64,000 bases of DNA from positions 9,238,001 through 9,302,000 of the forward strand of contig JAQFVV010000009.1 in NCBI GenBank assembly GCA_028023455.1, in the 5' to 3' direction. Within the stretch, counting starts at the first letter, position 1; each line of letters begins with the position of its first letter. The notes below the pieces were generated by a model, which was not told where the DNA came from, made no database searches, and was given only the letters and a program-made list of their open reading frames with translations. This document shows, piece after piece, positions 26,049 through 37,051 of this stretch. The DNA is from Epiperipatus broadwayi (lineage: Eukaryota; Animalia; Onychophora). A program made the translations under genes and the position numbers.

Positions 26049-28814
26049 CAGAGTTTCCCAACCTGTGGTACGCGAGTTGCTGGTTGGTGGTACATGAAAT
26101 ATAAACAATAATGGCGGACATAAAAAATATAAAAAAATTAAATCATAAAAATATCATAGAAACGTTTTTTCTATAATTCATAAAAATTATTTTAATTAAT
26201 AATATAATTTTTAATTAATAATATTATACAGTAAAGTTGTCAATATGTACAGTCGATGATTGAAAATCCGGCAATCGATATCATTTTTTTGGAGTGCACT
26301 TTTAAATTTAGCCATTAGCCATCAGTAACTTGAGATGTTGCCACTACTGTTGTGATGATGCTGCACTTTCGTCCACTTCATCGCGCAGCTTACAAATGAC
26401 AGGTTACTGTTTGTGATTGTATTGTCTTTGTTTATTAAAATTCATTGATGTCCATATTGATTAACTTTTTTTTTAAATAAGGCTTATTAAATAATTAATT
26501 AATTAAGTAAGCCATGGATCAGTGGGTTTGAACTGGTATGTGCCAAAATCTCAAGCAAAACATGAACAGTAATGTATTGCCAAGTTCTACAAAGGACAGG
26601 TCTGAAAATTCGGTGCAAAACATTGAAATCGTGCAATCTTCAGTTCTTCAAAGAGGTGTTAAGAGAAAATATTGTGATGAATATATAAAATATGGATTTT
26701 TGTATATTGAAGACGAAGACTGTCCTAATCCCAAGTGTGTAGTGTGTGGGGTAATGCTTTCAAATGGATGCATGAAGCCTTCATTTCTTTCGCGACATCT
26801 ACATACAAAACATACGGATTACAAAAACAAAGATTGTGATTTTTTTAAATGTTTAAAAGAGTAAAATAATGTGTCTATTTTATCATCTTACATTCTACCT
26901 GCTAATAAAGATAATGAACATGCAGTAGATGTTAATTATCATATTAGTTACCACATCGCCAAATGTAGTTATAGTCATCAAATAGGAGAATAATTAATTT
27001 TACCTTTGTATAAAGGATGCCATTAACCTTATGATAGACCAAAAATATATCCAAAAAATTAATTGTGTTCCTCTCAAGAAGAATTCACAATATGTCCGAG
27101 GATATCGAGGAGATAGTGATAGAGAGAATAAAAAAAAAGTAAATTTTCTCAATTCAAGTAGATGAGACAACAGACATAACAAACAATGCTGTATTGCTTT
27201 TTATTGCTAGGTACATTAAAGACAATGAATTTGAAGAGAATCTTTTACTTTGTTATTTTCTCTCCACACACACAATGGGTGAAGAAATATTTAAAGCTAT
27301 TGATAATTATTTTATATTGAAAGATATTAGTTGGTCAAACTATTGTGGATTGTGTACTGATGGTGCCAAGTCAATGGTAGGTTTATATATTGGTCTTCAT
27401 GGCCAGGTCTTAAATGTATCTCCTAATGAAATTTGGAGCCACTGCTGTTTCCATAGGCAGAATCTAGTAACAAAGCACCTTCCAGAAGAATTGAAACTCA
27501 TTGTCAATGATGTGGTGAAGATTGTTAAATTTTATAAAGAAAAGTTCCACAAACTCAATAATTTTTAAAGTTATGTGTGAAGACTTGATGAGTCTTCATA
27601 CTTCTCTACTTTTTCATACAGAAGTGAGATGGCTATCACGTGGTAAGGTGCTAACCCATTTATTCAAACTTAGACAAGAAGCACAGGTTTTTTGAAGACA
27701 ATCCTTTTTGGTTTTTTTGAAGACAATCCTTTTGATCTTTCTTTGAAATTGTATGATTTTAATTGGCTTCAGGTGCTTGCATATTTATTTGATATTTTTT
27801 TGCAAATAAATAACTTAAATTTGACACTGCAGAACAACTCGATAACGATCTTTAATGTTAATGATAAAATTGAAAGTATGATTAAGAAATTAGATTTTTG
27901 GAAAAAGTGTATCGAAAACAATCAACTGGAAGTATTCGAAACTCTACATATTTTTTTGTTTGAAAATAAGGTTAGTCTGTCTCAATGTATATGAGAAAAT
28001 ATAATAGCACATTTAACAGGATTAACATTGTCTTTCATGGAATATTTTCCAAAACCCAAAAACACAAATGATAATTGGATTTCAAACCCCTTCTATGAAG
28101 AAAATTTAGAAAAAACTACATCATTATCAATAAAATATAAAGAAAATTTAATAGAATTATTATGTGACAGAACTTTACAAGTAGAATTCAAATGACACAA
28201 TCTAATTAGTTTTTGTAAACATTAAAGAATATGAACAACTTTCTGAAAAAGCTCATAAATTATTATTACTGTTTACTAGTACGGAATTAGTAGAAAGACT
28301 TTTTCTTCATAAATTTTTTTAAAAAATAAGCATCGAAACAAATTGAACGCACCTGTAGACTTAAGGGTACATCTCACATCTTTTGAACCAAATTTCAAAA
28401 AATTATGTTCTTCGAAACAAGCACAAGGATCTCATTAAATTTATTTTATAAAAATATTTGATTATGATAAAATATATTAATTGGTTTTTTATAATTTTGT
28501 GTTTTTATTAAAACCATTTATTAGTAAACGAAATATGACAAAATAGTAGATAAATATGAAAATTTGAACAAACATATACATACATATATGTTACAGTGAA
28601 TTTATAATCGGGCGTAATGTTTAGGCGTGTTTCAATGTAATTTGTCTCTTATGTGATGTGAATACATGGTCACCCAATAATATTTATAATGCAAATAAAA
28701 TAACACACTCGCAATAATAAATTTTACGAAATACAATCATTTTTATGAAGTGGTTCAATTTAGCGTGATGCACTACCAAGTGGTACACAAGCCAAAAAAT
28801 GTTGTGAAATGCTG
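26049..28814 (+). mobile_element. Full-length decayed Buster-family hAT transposon
   Basis: Left end CAGAGTTTCCCAACCTGTGGTACGCG; degenerate right TIR ATGTTGTGAAATGCTG; target TGCTAGCA (26041-26048) echoed as GGCTAGCA (28816-28823, 1-bp offset). Confidence 0.9.
26514..28438 (+). pseudogene. Buster/ZBED5-like transposase pseudogene
   Basis: BED finger [80 protein letters not shown]-terminus QAQGSH*; split by stops and frameshifts into ORFs 26538-26864, 27194-27568 and 27692-27994. Confidence 0.92.
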
Positions 28815-28948
28815 CGGCTAGCACATAACTGTTATTAAAACAGGCAAAACTCTCCATACAGTAGTGCCACTCAGTGCCAACTAGAGTAATCAATGGATGC
28901 CAGAAGGCTTGTACATAAAATCCCCATCTAGTGCCTACTCATCCAATA

Positions 28949-28990
28949 TCCCCAGACTAGTTTCTGACTTGTGGTCTTTGTCAGTGAGGA
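28949..28990 (-). ncRNA. Hammerhead motif, family A (G8 to A core change)
   Basis: TCCTCA-CTGACAA-A-GAC-CACAA-GTC-A-GAAA-CTAGTC-TGGGGA; helix II is GAC/GUC. Confidence 0.7.
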
Positions 28991-29322
28991 GCTTTTGGAT
29001 CTGAGAGCACTGCACCTAGATCTTAGGATCTAATGCAACCCTCCAGCAGCCACCTTTTATCTCTACTTAACTACAAAACTATGAGAATAAAATTTGAAAA
29101 ACACAATAATATTTTCAATCTCAGCTCAATAGCTTATATAATCATATGGGTACTGAACTGAGTTCAGACCTATATAACTATATGAGCTAATGAGCTTGGA
29201 TTGAAAATATTATTGTGTTTTCAATTTTATTCTCATAGTTTTGTAGTTAAGTAGTGATAAAAGGTGCTGGAGTGTTGCATTAGATCCTAAGATCTAGGTG
29301 CAGTGTTCTCAGATCCAAAAGC

Positions 29323-29364
29323 TCCTCACTGACAAAGGCCACAAGCCAGAAACTAGTCTGGGGA
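29323..29364 (+). ncRNA. Hammerhead motif, family A (G8 to A core change)
   Basis: TCCTCA-CTGACAA-A-GGC-CACAA-GCC-A-GAAA-CTAGTC-TGGGGA; helix II is GGC/GCC. Confidence 0.7.
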
Positions 29365-30684
29365 TATTAGATGCACTAGATGGGAATTTTATGCACAAGC
29401 CTTCTGGCATCCATTGATTACTCTGGTTCTCACTGAGTGGCACTACTGTATGAAGAATTTTGCTTGTTTTAGATTAAATAGACTTAATGAAGTTGGGTTT
29501 GTATGTATTAGTGATAATTATAACCAAGTACAATTATTAATGAACTGTGACTGATAGCCATGAGTAAACAAATGTAGTAAACTTAATTTGCTTGTTGTTA
29601 TCCCCAAATTATTATGGGGAAAATAATTATTATTATATCATAATTTTCTTTACATATATATTTTTATTGTTAATTCAGCAAACATAAAAGTGTTTGCTTA
29701 TTTCATTATTAACGTTATGCAATCACAGCTAGATAGAAACTCCTCTGATTACAGCAGTTTATGCAATAGACTACAGATGGTGTAATTAGTGGTTGATGGT
29801 GAGAGGTATATAGTGATTAGAGAGAAAAAAAGATGTCATTACCTAGTCAATATTTAAGGGAGTTTGATATATGTAATCTCTTGTTATAGAACATTTATAT
29901 GGAATATATAGATCACTATATGAGACTTTAGAAGATAAATGGGAAAATAGGCTGAAAACTGGAATAGATGTATTATTAATAGCAAAACAATTCTGTGACC
30001 CTAATATTCCAGAAGATATACCTTATACTGAATTACTAGATAATCCAAACACTTATTTTCAATCAGCAGTAACAAAGAGAATAGCATGTTTATGTTTTTG
30101 AATAAGGAAGCAATTACCCTGAGAGAGCTTTAATTTAGCTTTAAGCAAAACAGTGTGAATTTCACATCATATCTTGAAGACATACTACTAGACCAACTGC
30201 TCTATGGGATGTGGAAGCATAATCTTCAAAAAATCTTGCTTAGCAAAGGTGATTTAGCATTTAAAGCAGCCATCAGAAAGTCATATAGCACACCATGTCA
30301 TGTTGAAAAATGCTTCAGAATTTAAAACAGTTTCAGAAGGGGAAAAAAAAAATCAACAAAGGGTAAATAAAGTTGTAACAGAAAAGTCGCTTAAAAACTC
30401 TGCTAGTAATAGGCCTATATGATATTGTTATGGTAGGGTTGGTCACATGAACATATTTTAAAAATAAAAAACATAAAATATATAGTATTAAAGGCCACTT
30501 AGCTCAGGTGTATATGAAAAAGCTGGATAATGTGAAAATTATGCCGGGCTTTAAATCGAGGGGAGGACATGAATGTAGTAGAGTAGATTAAATACATTTA
30601 AAAATTCAACTAATGGTCAAATTACATTGTTATTTGTGGATTTAAAGTTACAATGGAAATTAACGGGTGAGCAGGATTATGTCA

Positions 30685-30858
30685 CTAAGAAGAAATTAAA
30701 ATTGAAGAAGATAAATGTAGTGGCCACAGATATGAATGGTAATAGAATATACATCTGTGGAAAAGTTTGTTCTAAGAAGAAATTAAAATTGAAGAAGATA
30801 AGTGTAGTGGCCACAGATATGAATGGTAATAGAATATACATCTGTGGACAAGTTTGTT
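30685..30858 (+). repeat. 87-bp in-frame tandem duplication in the Gypsy protease-proximal region
   Basis: KKKLKLKKI(N/S)VVATDMNGNRIYICG(K/Q)VCS twice in ORF 30627-30875; repeat starts at 30685 and 30772. Confidence 0.95.
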
Positions 30859-32454
30859 CCAGTGGTTGTAAATAATAGGAAAAAATTATTGTTGCTTGTA
30901 GTAGAAAGAAATATGATCCTCTCCTGGAACAAAATTGGTTTAAATGGCTGGGAATATGTTTAAAAATAATTAATAAAGTTGGAAACGAAAGTCAGAAATA
31001 AATTTTCCAAATTATTTAAATAGGAAATAGTGTCCTGTTAATATTGAACTATCAAAAGAAGCACAATCAATGCTGTTTAATTAAACCATGCAAAGTCCCC
31101 TTTGTAATTAAAACTAAAGGTGGAATAAACAATAGTGGATATGGTAAAGAAAGGAGTGTTGACACCAGTCGAAGATTCATCGTAGCTTACCCCTGTTGTA
31201 GTTTTAATAAAACTGGATGGAACAATTTGTTTTTGTGGAGATTATTGGATCCCAGTTAACAAATGGATAAATGAAGCTGAATATCCTGTTCTAAATATGC
31301 ATGATGTGTTGGTATCATTACAGAGAGTCATGGTCTTTGCATAAATTGATTTGAAATTAGTGTTCCATCAAATTCCAGTTATTGAGAATCCTACTGAGCA
31401 GTTGACAGTGTGTATTCATGTTGGATTCTTCAGGTACAACAAATTATTTATTTATGGAATCATGGTGGCTTTGTCAAGCAAAAATAGATATGCTATTGCA
31501 GAACATCAAGAGATTGATATGTTACTGCAGAATATAGAGGGAGTTATTCCATGGATGATATTTTGATTATAGCCTGAAGAAAATCTAAAAAACGAGTTAT
31601 GGAGGTAAGCTCTAAGTTAAATAATGTAGAAGCAAAACTGAATATTTCACAAAGTGTTTGGGCAACCTTGGAAATACAAATAAGTTTTTTTAGGGCATAT
31701 GATAAATAAAGGGAAATATCTAAACCTGGAAAAGATTAGAGTAGTGAAAGAAGTGGTTATTCCCAGAAATGTCAAAGAATTTAAAGTCTTTTTGGGACTA
31801 CTTCTAAAAAAGCTTTCTTAAAAGATAAATCACATTAATTATAATTGTTGTATGAGTTATTGCAGAAGGGTCAATGAAGAAAATGGAACAATGAGCATGT
31901 GGCAGCCTTCAGAAAAGCTAAAAAAATTTCTGATGTTACATCAACTTTTAGTACAACATTATAGCAATCTGGAAGTTACACAGAGGTTAAATTCTCCATA
32001 CAGTAGTGCTACTCAATGCAAGCCAGAGTAATCAATGAATGCAAGAAGGTTTGTGCATAAAGACCCCATCTAGTGCCTACTCATCCAAAATCCTTGTGGC
32101 TTTCATTTGTGAGAAGTCCTGGATCTGAGAGCACCTCACAAAGCTTTCAGTCCAAGATGACAACACAAAAATGTTTTCAGTTCAAGCTTATTAGCTTGTA
32201 TAATTGTATAGATCTGAACTCATCAGTATCCATACTTTTAGGTATCTTTGATTCTTTAATAACCACAGTCATCACAATCCTATTAGACTGGATTGATATT
32301 AAATCACTAAACAACAGATTATCATCATTCTTTATGCTTACACACAGAGGCTAAAGTCTTCATAGAATAGTATCACTCAATACAAGCCAGAGTAATCAAT
32401 GGATGCAAGAAGGTTTGTGCATAAAATCCCCATCTGATGTCTACTCATCCAGTA

Positions 32455-32496
32455 TACCCATACTAGTTTCTAGCTTGTGGCTTTCATCAGAGAGGA
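32455..32496 (-). ncRNA. Hammerhead motif, family A (core intact, GUA triplet, weakened helix I)
   Basis: TCCTCT-CTGATGA-AAGCCACAAGCTA-GAAA-CTA-GTA-TGGGTA. Confidence 0.7.
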
Positions 32497-32639
32497 GCCT
32501 TGGATCTGAGAGCAATGCACCTAGATCTTAGGATCTAATACAATCCTCCAGCAGCCACCTTTTACCTTATTAGCTAATTATAAAGCTTCAAGTCACATTA
32601 GATTCGAAGATCTAGGTGCAGTGCTCTCAGATCCAAGGC

Positions 32640-32681
32640 TCCTCACTGATGAAAGCCACAAGCGAGAAACTACCCTGAGGA
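32640..32681 (+). ncRNA. Hammerhead motif, family A (helix III and triplet mutated)
   Basis: TCCTCA-CTGATGA-AAGCCACAAGCGA-GAAA-CTACCC-TGAGGA; perfect helix I. Confidence 0.6.
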
Positions 32682-33079
32682 TATTGGATGAGTAGGCACA
32701 TGATGGGGATTTTATCCACAAACTTCTTGCATTCATTGATTACTCTGCTTGCATTGAGTGTCACTACTGTATGGAGAGTTTAGTCTCTGTGTAAACAGCT
32801 TGTGTAAGCATAAAGAATGGTGATCATGTGGTGTTTAGTGCTTAATACCAATCCTGCCCAATAGGATTATGGTGATTGTAGTTATTAAAGAACCAACGAC
32901 ACCAAAAAGTATGGATGCTGAACTGAGTTCAAATCAATACAACTATACAAACTAATGAGCTTGAATTTTGGTTTTTATTTTGGACTCAAAGCTTTACAGT
33001 TAGCAAATAAAATAAAAGATGGTTGCTGGAGGGTTGCATTACATTCTAAGATCTAGGTATAGTGATCTCAGATCCAAGC

Positions 33080-33121
33080 TGCTCGCTGCTGAAAGCCACA
33101 AATTAGAAACTAGTCTGGGGA
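33080..33121 (+). ncRNA. Degenerate hammerhead motif, family A
   Basis: CTGCTGA-AAGCCACAAATTA-GAAA-CTAGTC-TGGGGA; core A6 and helix II are mutated. Confidence 0.55.
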
Positions 33122-35934
33122 TATTGTATGAATAGGCACTAGATGGGAATTTCAAGCGCAAACTTTCTTGCATCCATTGCACAAACCTCCTTGCATCCAA
33201 TGATTACTCTGGCTTACACTGAGTGGCACTACTATATGAGGAGTTTAGTCTGTGTGTAAACAGCTTGTATAAGCATAAGACTGGTAATCATGTGACATTT
33301 ACTCGTTTAATCTGGAAATTACAAACACTACTGTTGCTTCTGAATATAGAGCTGGGGCTGTTATTGCATATTATTATCATGGTGAAGAGCATTCAATTTC
33401 TTATGCCTCTGGAACATTTTAGTCAACTGAGAAAAATTCTAGTCACCTGGATAAAAAAGCTTTGGCAATAATATTCACAGTAAAGACATTTTACCAGGTT
33501 GTTTATGGTCAGAAGTTTGTAATTTACACTGATCATCGTTCATTGCTGGGAATCTTCCAAAAAAATAAAAACACACCTGATTATGTGAGACAAAGGCTTG
33601 TATGATGGATAAACTTATTGGCAACTTATAACTATGAACTGATCTCTAAACCAGGAAATGAGATTGTGCATGCAGATGCATTATCAAATTTGCCTGTTAG
33701 AGAAGATATGAAACAGGAATAGCATGGAGAACCTAACAGTGAAAAAATTGTGAAGTGGACTTCTAATAATCCTGAACATAGGAAATTGATTAAGTGGATC
33801 CAAGAAGGATGGCCAGAGAAACATCAAAATTTTGTAGCAATGGCAATTTAATATGCATGTCACAATATGTCAATATATAATCGGTGTATATTAAATAGTG
33901 ACTGAATACTGATACCTATAGAGGAACATAACACAGTATAACACCCTGGAGTGGTAAAGATGAAGGCTCTGGCTCATTTTTACATGTAGTGACCTAAAAT
34001 AAATAACATACAAAAAAAAATAAAGAAGTGTTCCAATTGTCAATCTACAGCAGATCTTCCAAAGAAAGCATTCAAGCCATGGTTATAAAACAAAGAAACT
34101 ATAGGAATGTGTTTTCTTGGATTATGCTAGACTGATAAATGAATATCAAATTCTGTTGGTTGTGGATCCATATTTAAATTGGGCCAAATACAAACTAATA
34201 AAAATTGTGAACACGGAGAATTACCATAAAGGCATTACAGGAAGATTTTGCTATCCACAGTTATCCTCGGATTTTGGTATCAGATAATGGGACATTATTT
34301 ACTTCAGAAAGATTTAAAGACTATGTGTTGCACAGAGACTATATGACATGTTCTTCTGCCAACATATCACCCTGCTTCAAACAAACTTGCTGAAAAAGGC
34401 AGAATGAATTTGAAAGCAGCTTTGAAAACTATTAGTATAACTGAATTAAAAGATGCCCTAATAGAAACATAAATTATATCTAGTGCTTCAAAAACTAAAT
34501 CATCTGCTGAATTACTGTTTGGGAGGTAATGATGTATGCATTTATCGAAACTTTGCTGACAGATAGATCACTGAAGGAATAATGGTGGTGAAAAGAATAA
34601 ATCTAATTTAAGAAAATTTGATATTGATGAAGCTGTTTGGGATCAAGATACTGTAAAAAAGATATGGACTGCAGTTATCATAGTTGAAATTGTATCTGAA
34701 GTTATACATGTTTTTAGGTTTAAGAATACATTGGTATAAGAAGGCATATTAATCATTTACATGAAAGATTGATATGCCAATCATATCCAGAAAAAATCCT
34801 ATTACAGTCAATCCTAAATTAGAAAATTTAAATTAGGGCTTAAATGAGAACACGGCTCCTCCCACTCATGATGAAATATTAACTGTTGAACAAGGTGTGG
34901 GAAGCAGTGTCCGAATCAGTAATTGTTATTATCAGAAAAAGGAGATTGAAGTGAAGGCCAAATTAATTATACTCCAAGAAGCTAGAAAATTAGAAAACCA
35001 CCAGACAGATTTAGGAATTATTTTCTAGAATGAGGACTGATACACTGACTGGTGCTAATATCATTATCAATATTGTAAATAAAATATTATTTTGATGTGT
35101 GTAATTAGTGCTGGCAGTTGAGACAATTTCCTACCAAAAATTCATTCTAGAAAAATGTATTAAATGTATGAATATTTGTTACGCAAATGAGATATAAAAA
35201 GAACTCTCTCTCTCTCAAAAGTTATATGAGTCTGTGCAGCAGTAGCAGTTGAGAAGAAAAAAGTGCTCCTGATAGTTAGTTGCTTCTCTCAGAGAAGAGG
35301 GAAAAATACATACAAAAGATATAGTTTAGCGAGATAGAATAAAAATATGTTTAAATGTATTAGTGAAAACTGCAAAATTAAAGGACTGTACAATGGAGAA
35401 AGGTAGTAGACTCATTTTGCGTGCTGTTATCCACAAATTATTATGGAGAAAATATTATTATATCATAATTTTCTTTATGTATATATTATTACTGTTAATT
35501 CAACTTAAGAATAAAGTATATGCTTATATCATTATTACTGTTATGCTATTACATCTGGGTAGAGATCCCCATGAATACAGCACAGTCCAAGCAAATTCTC
35601 ATTCAGGTAACCAACTAATTCTTGGTCAATAAATAGGTATCTAGCTATTTTTAAGTAAAGGGATTTATCTAGGTTATTGTTTTCTCCAGTTTTTCTCTAG
35701 AGGGATATTGGAAAGATGACTGTTTTGCAATGAACTATGTAAACATAAATTTGTATATATCAACAACATATATAATAAATAAATTTGCATAATATTAATT
35801 ATGACATTTTATTTTATTTAAAAAAAGGCATACACAAAATAATTTATTAAGTAGTTTTACGACTATTGCACTAAGAGCAACAATTCAACCTCTTCATAAT
35901 TTCACTCATAAGGTTCTGAAATCAGCTATCTTAA

Positions 35935-36180
35935 TGTATTCTATATAGAGGCTAAGTATTCTATATAGAGGCTATGTACTGTAAACTTGAATAATCAATA
36001 GGTACCTATGAGTAAACATATGAGAGATTGTATGATGTTGTTTGTATAAAGTTTCCTAGTCAATAAAAACAAAGGGCTTACAAGTGTTATAAAATAGAGG
36101 TCTCTAAAATATATAGAAGTTGAACTGTGTCAGATCTATGTAACTATGAAAGTGAGTAAACCTGGATTAAAATCTTAAGG
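35935..36180. repeat. Old degenerate relative of repeat family A with a 19-bp tandem duplication
   Basis: tgaactgtgtcagatctatgtaactatga..ctggattaaaat resembles tgaactgagttcagacctatataactatatgag..ttggattgaaaat (29154-29207); gtattctatatagaggcta occurs twice. Confidence 0.4.
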
Positions 36181-36379
36181 ATTTTTTTAAACATTTTTTA
36201 GTTATTAGCTTGAATAATACAAAGAAGTAAATGCATAAGTGGATTTCCTCCATTTTTGAATCCTAATCTTCACTGTTGAAGGCAAAGGCTTGAATTTTAT
36301 AGTATTATACCATCTGTTATCTAATGATTATTTAAGCTTATAGTAAATGACTCTAAAATAAAATGAAAATAACTGCCAA

Positions 36380-36640
36380 GTTTCAATAATTAATTGATAC
36401 CAGACGGTAGTGAATCATCCAAATCTCCAAACTAATTTCTGATTATAAAGCAAATTCAAATAATCTATAGCAAAACCCATTAATATTAATTGTTAAATCA
36501 ATGTTTAAATCACCCATTAATAATAACAAATGAAATAAAAACTCAATTTTAATGAAGAGCTTATGATGATGAGATAAGACTGATTAGGTTATGAAAGCCA
36601 ATAGAATTAAGATATGATTGTCCTCTTTAATTGATCAATA
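36380..36640 (-). pseudogene. LINE APE endonuclease fragment
   Basis: Minus-strand LLLLMGDLNID (GDFN-type motif) followed by AIDYLNLLYNQK. Confidence 0.5.
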
Positions 36641-37051
36641 AATTGCCTCTATTGTTTGATATTATTTATATTTATATATTTAATTTTTTAATTATTACTA
36701 TGAACAATGATGAAATGGGTGTCAATAAGTACACAAAGAACTGACAATTTTTGATAGTAATGACAATAATTCAGTTTTACTAGACTTTCAACTGTTTAAA
36801 TAATGAATTTTACCCTACACACAATACTGTCCAAAATTTATATGTAGTCATCAAACACTAAGTTAATCCTAACAATACTTTGTTTTTAGACATACACTTA
36901 TATTATTGAAATCAAAATGATAATCATAACTATAGATGTTATTTATGTATTTATATTTTGGGATACTGAAAACTGTAAAAGTAATTTGAATGTTATTAAT
37001 TCATATGAATAATGTAAAATCAATTTTTAGGAAAAAAATATTTAATCAAAT

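Larger units (their letters stand above)
26018..29469. mobile_element. Hammerhead repeat family A insertion 2 (foldback, ~310-bp arms) inside the Gypsy 5' LTR
   Basis: 14-bp TSD TAGATTAAATAGAC (26004-26017, 29470-29483); 28838-29145 and 29150-29469 are reverse complements; itself split by the hAT at 26049-28814. Confidence 0.9.
31981..33308. mobile_element. Hammerhead repeat family A insertion 3 (two tandem ~1.6-unit arms, inverted) inside Gypsy pol
   Basis: 15-bp TSD AATCTGGAA(G/A)TTACA (31966-31980, 33309-33323); orientation flips at ~32606; period 441 bp in the right arm (agatctagg at 32608 and 33049); pol homology resumes after 33323. Confidence 0.9.
25737..35601 (+). mobile_element. Decayed Gypsy/Ty3 (K02A2.6-like) LTR retrotransposon
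   Basis: 5' LTR (25737-26017 plus 29470-29775) is homologous to the 3' LTR (~35038-35601). Degenerate PBS tggtgtaattagtgg at 29778; gag DQLLYGM..LQKILLS and Zn-knuckle remnants (~30190-30520); RT VKKGVLTPVE..GDYWIPVN..IDLK..MDDILI (31130-31570); KEFKVFLGL; RNase H YASGTF..KALAII..IYTDHRSL..HADALS (33330-33690); integrase HPGVVKMK..VSDNG..YHPASN (33940-34400). Confidence 0.9.
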
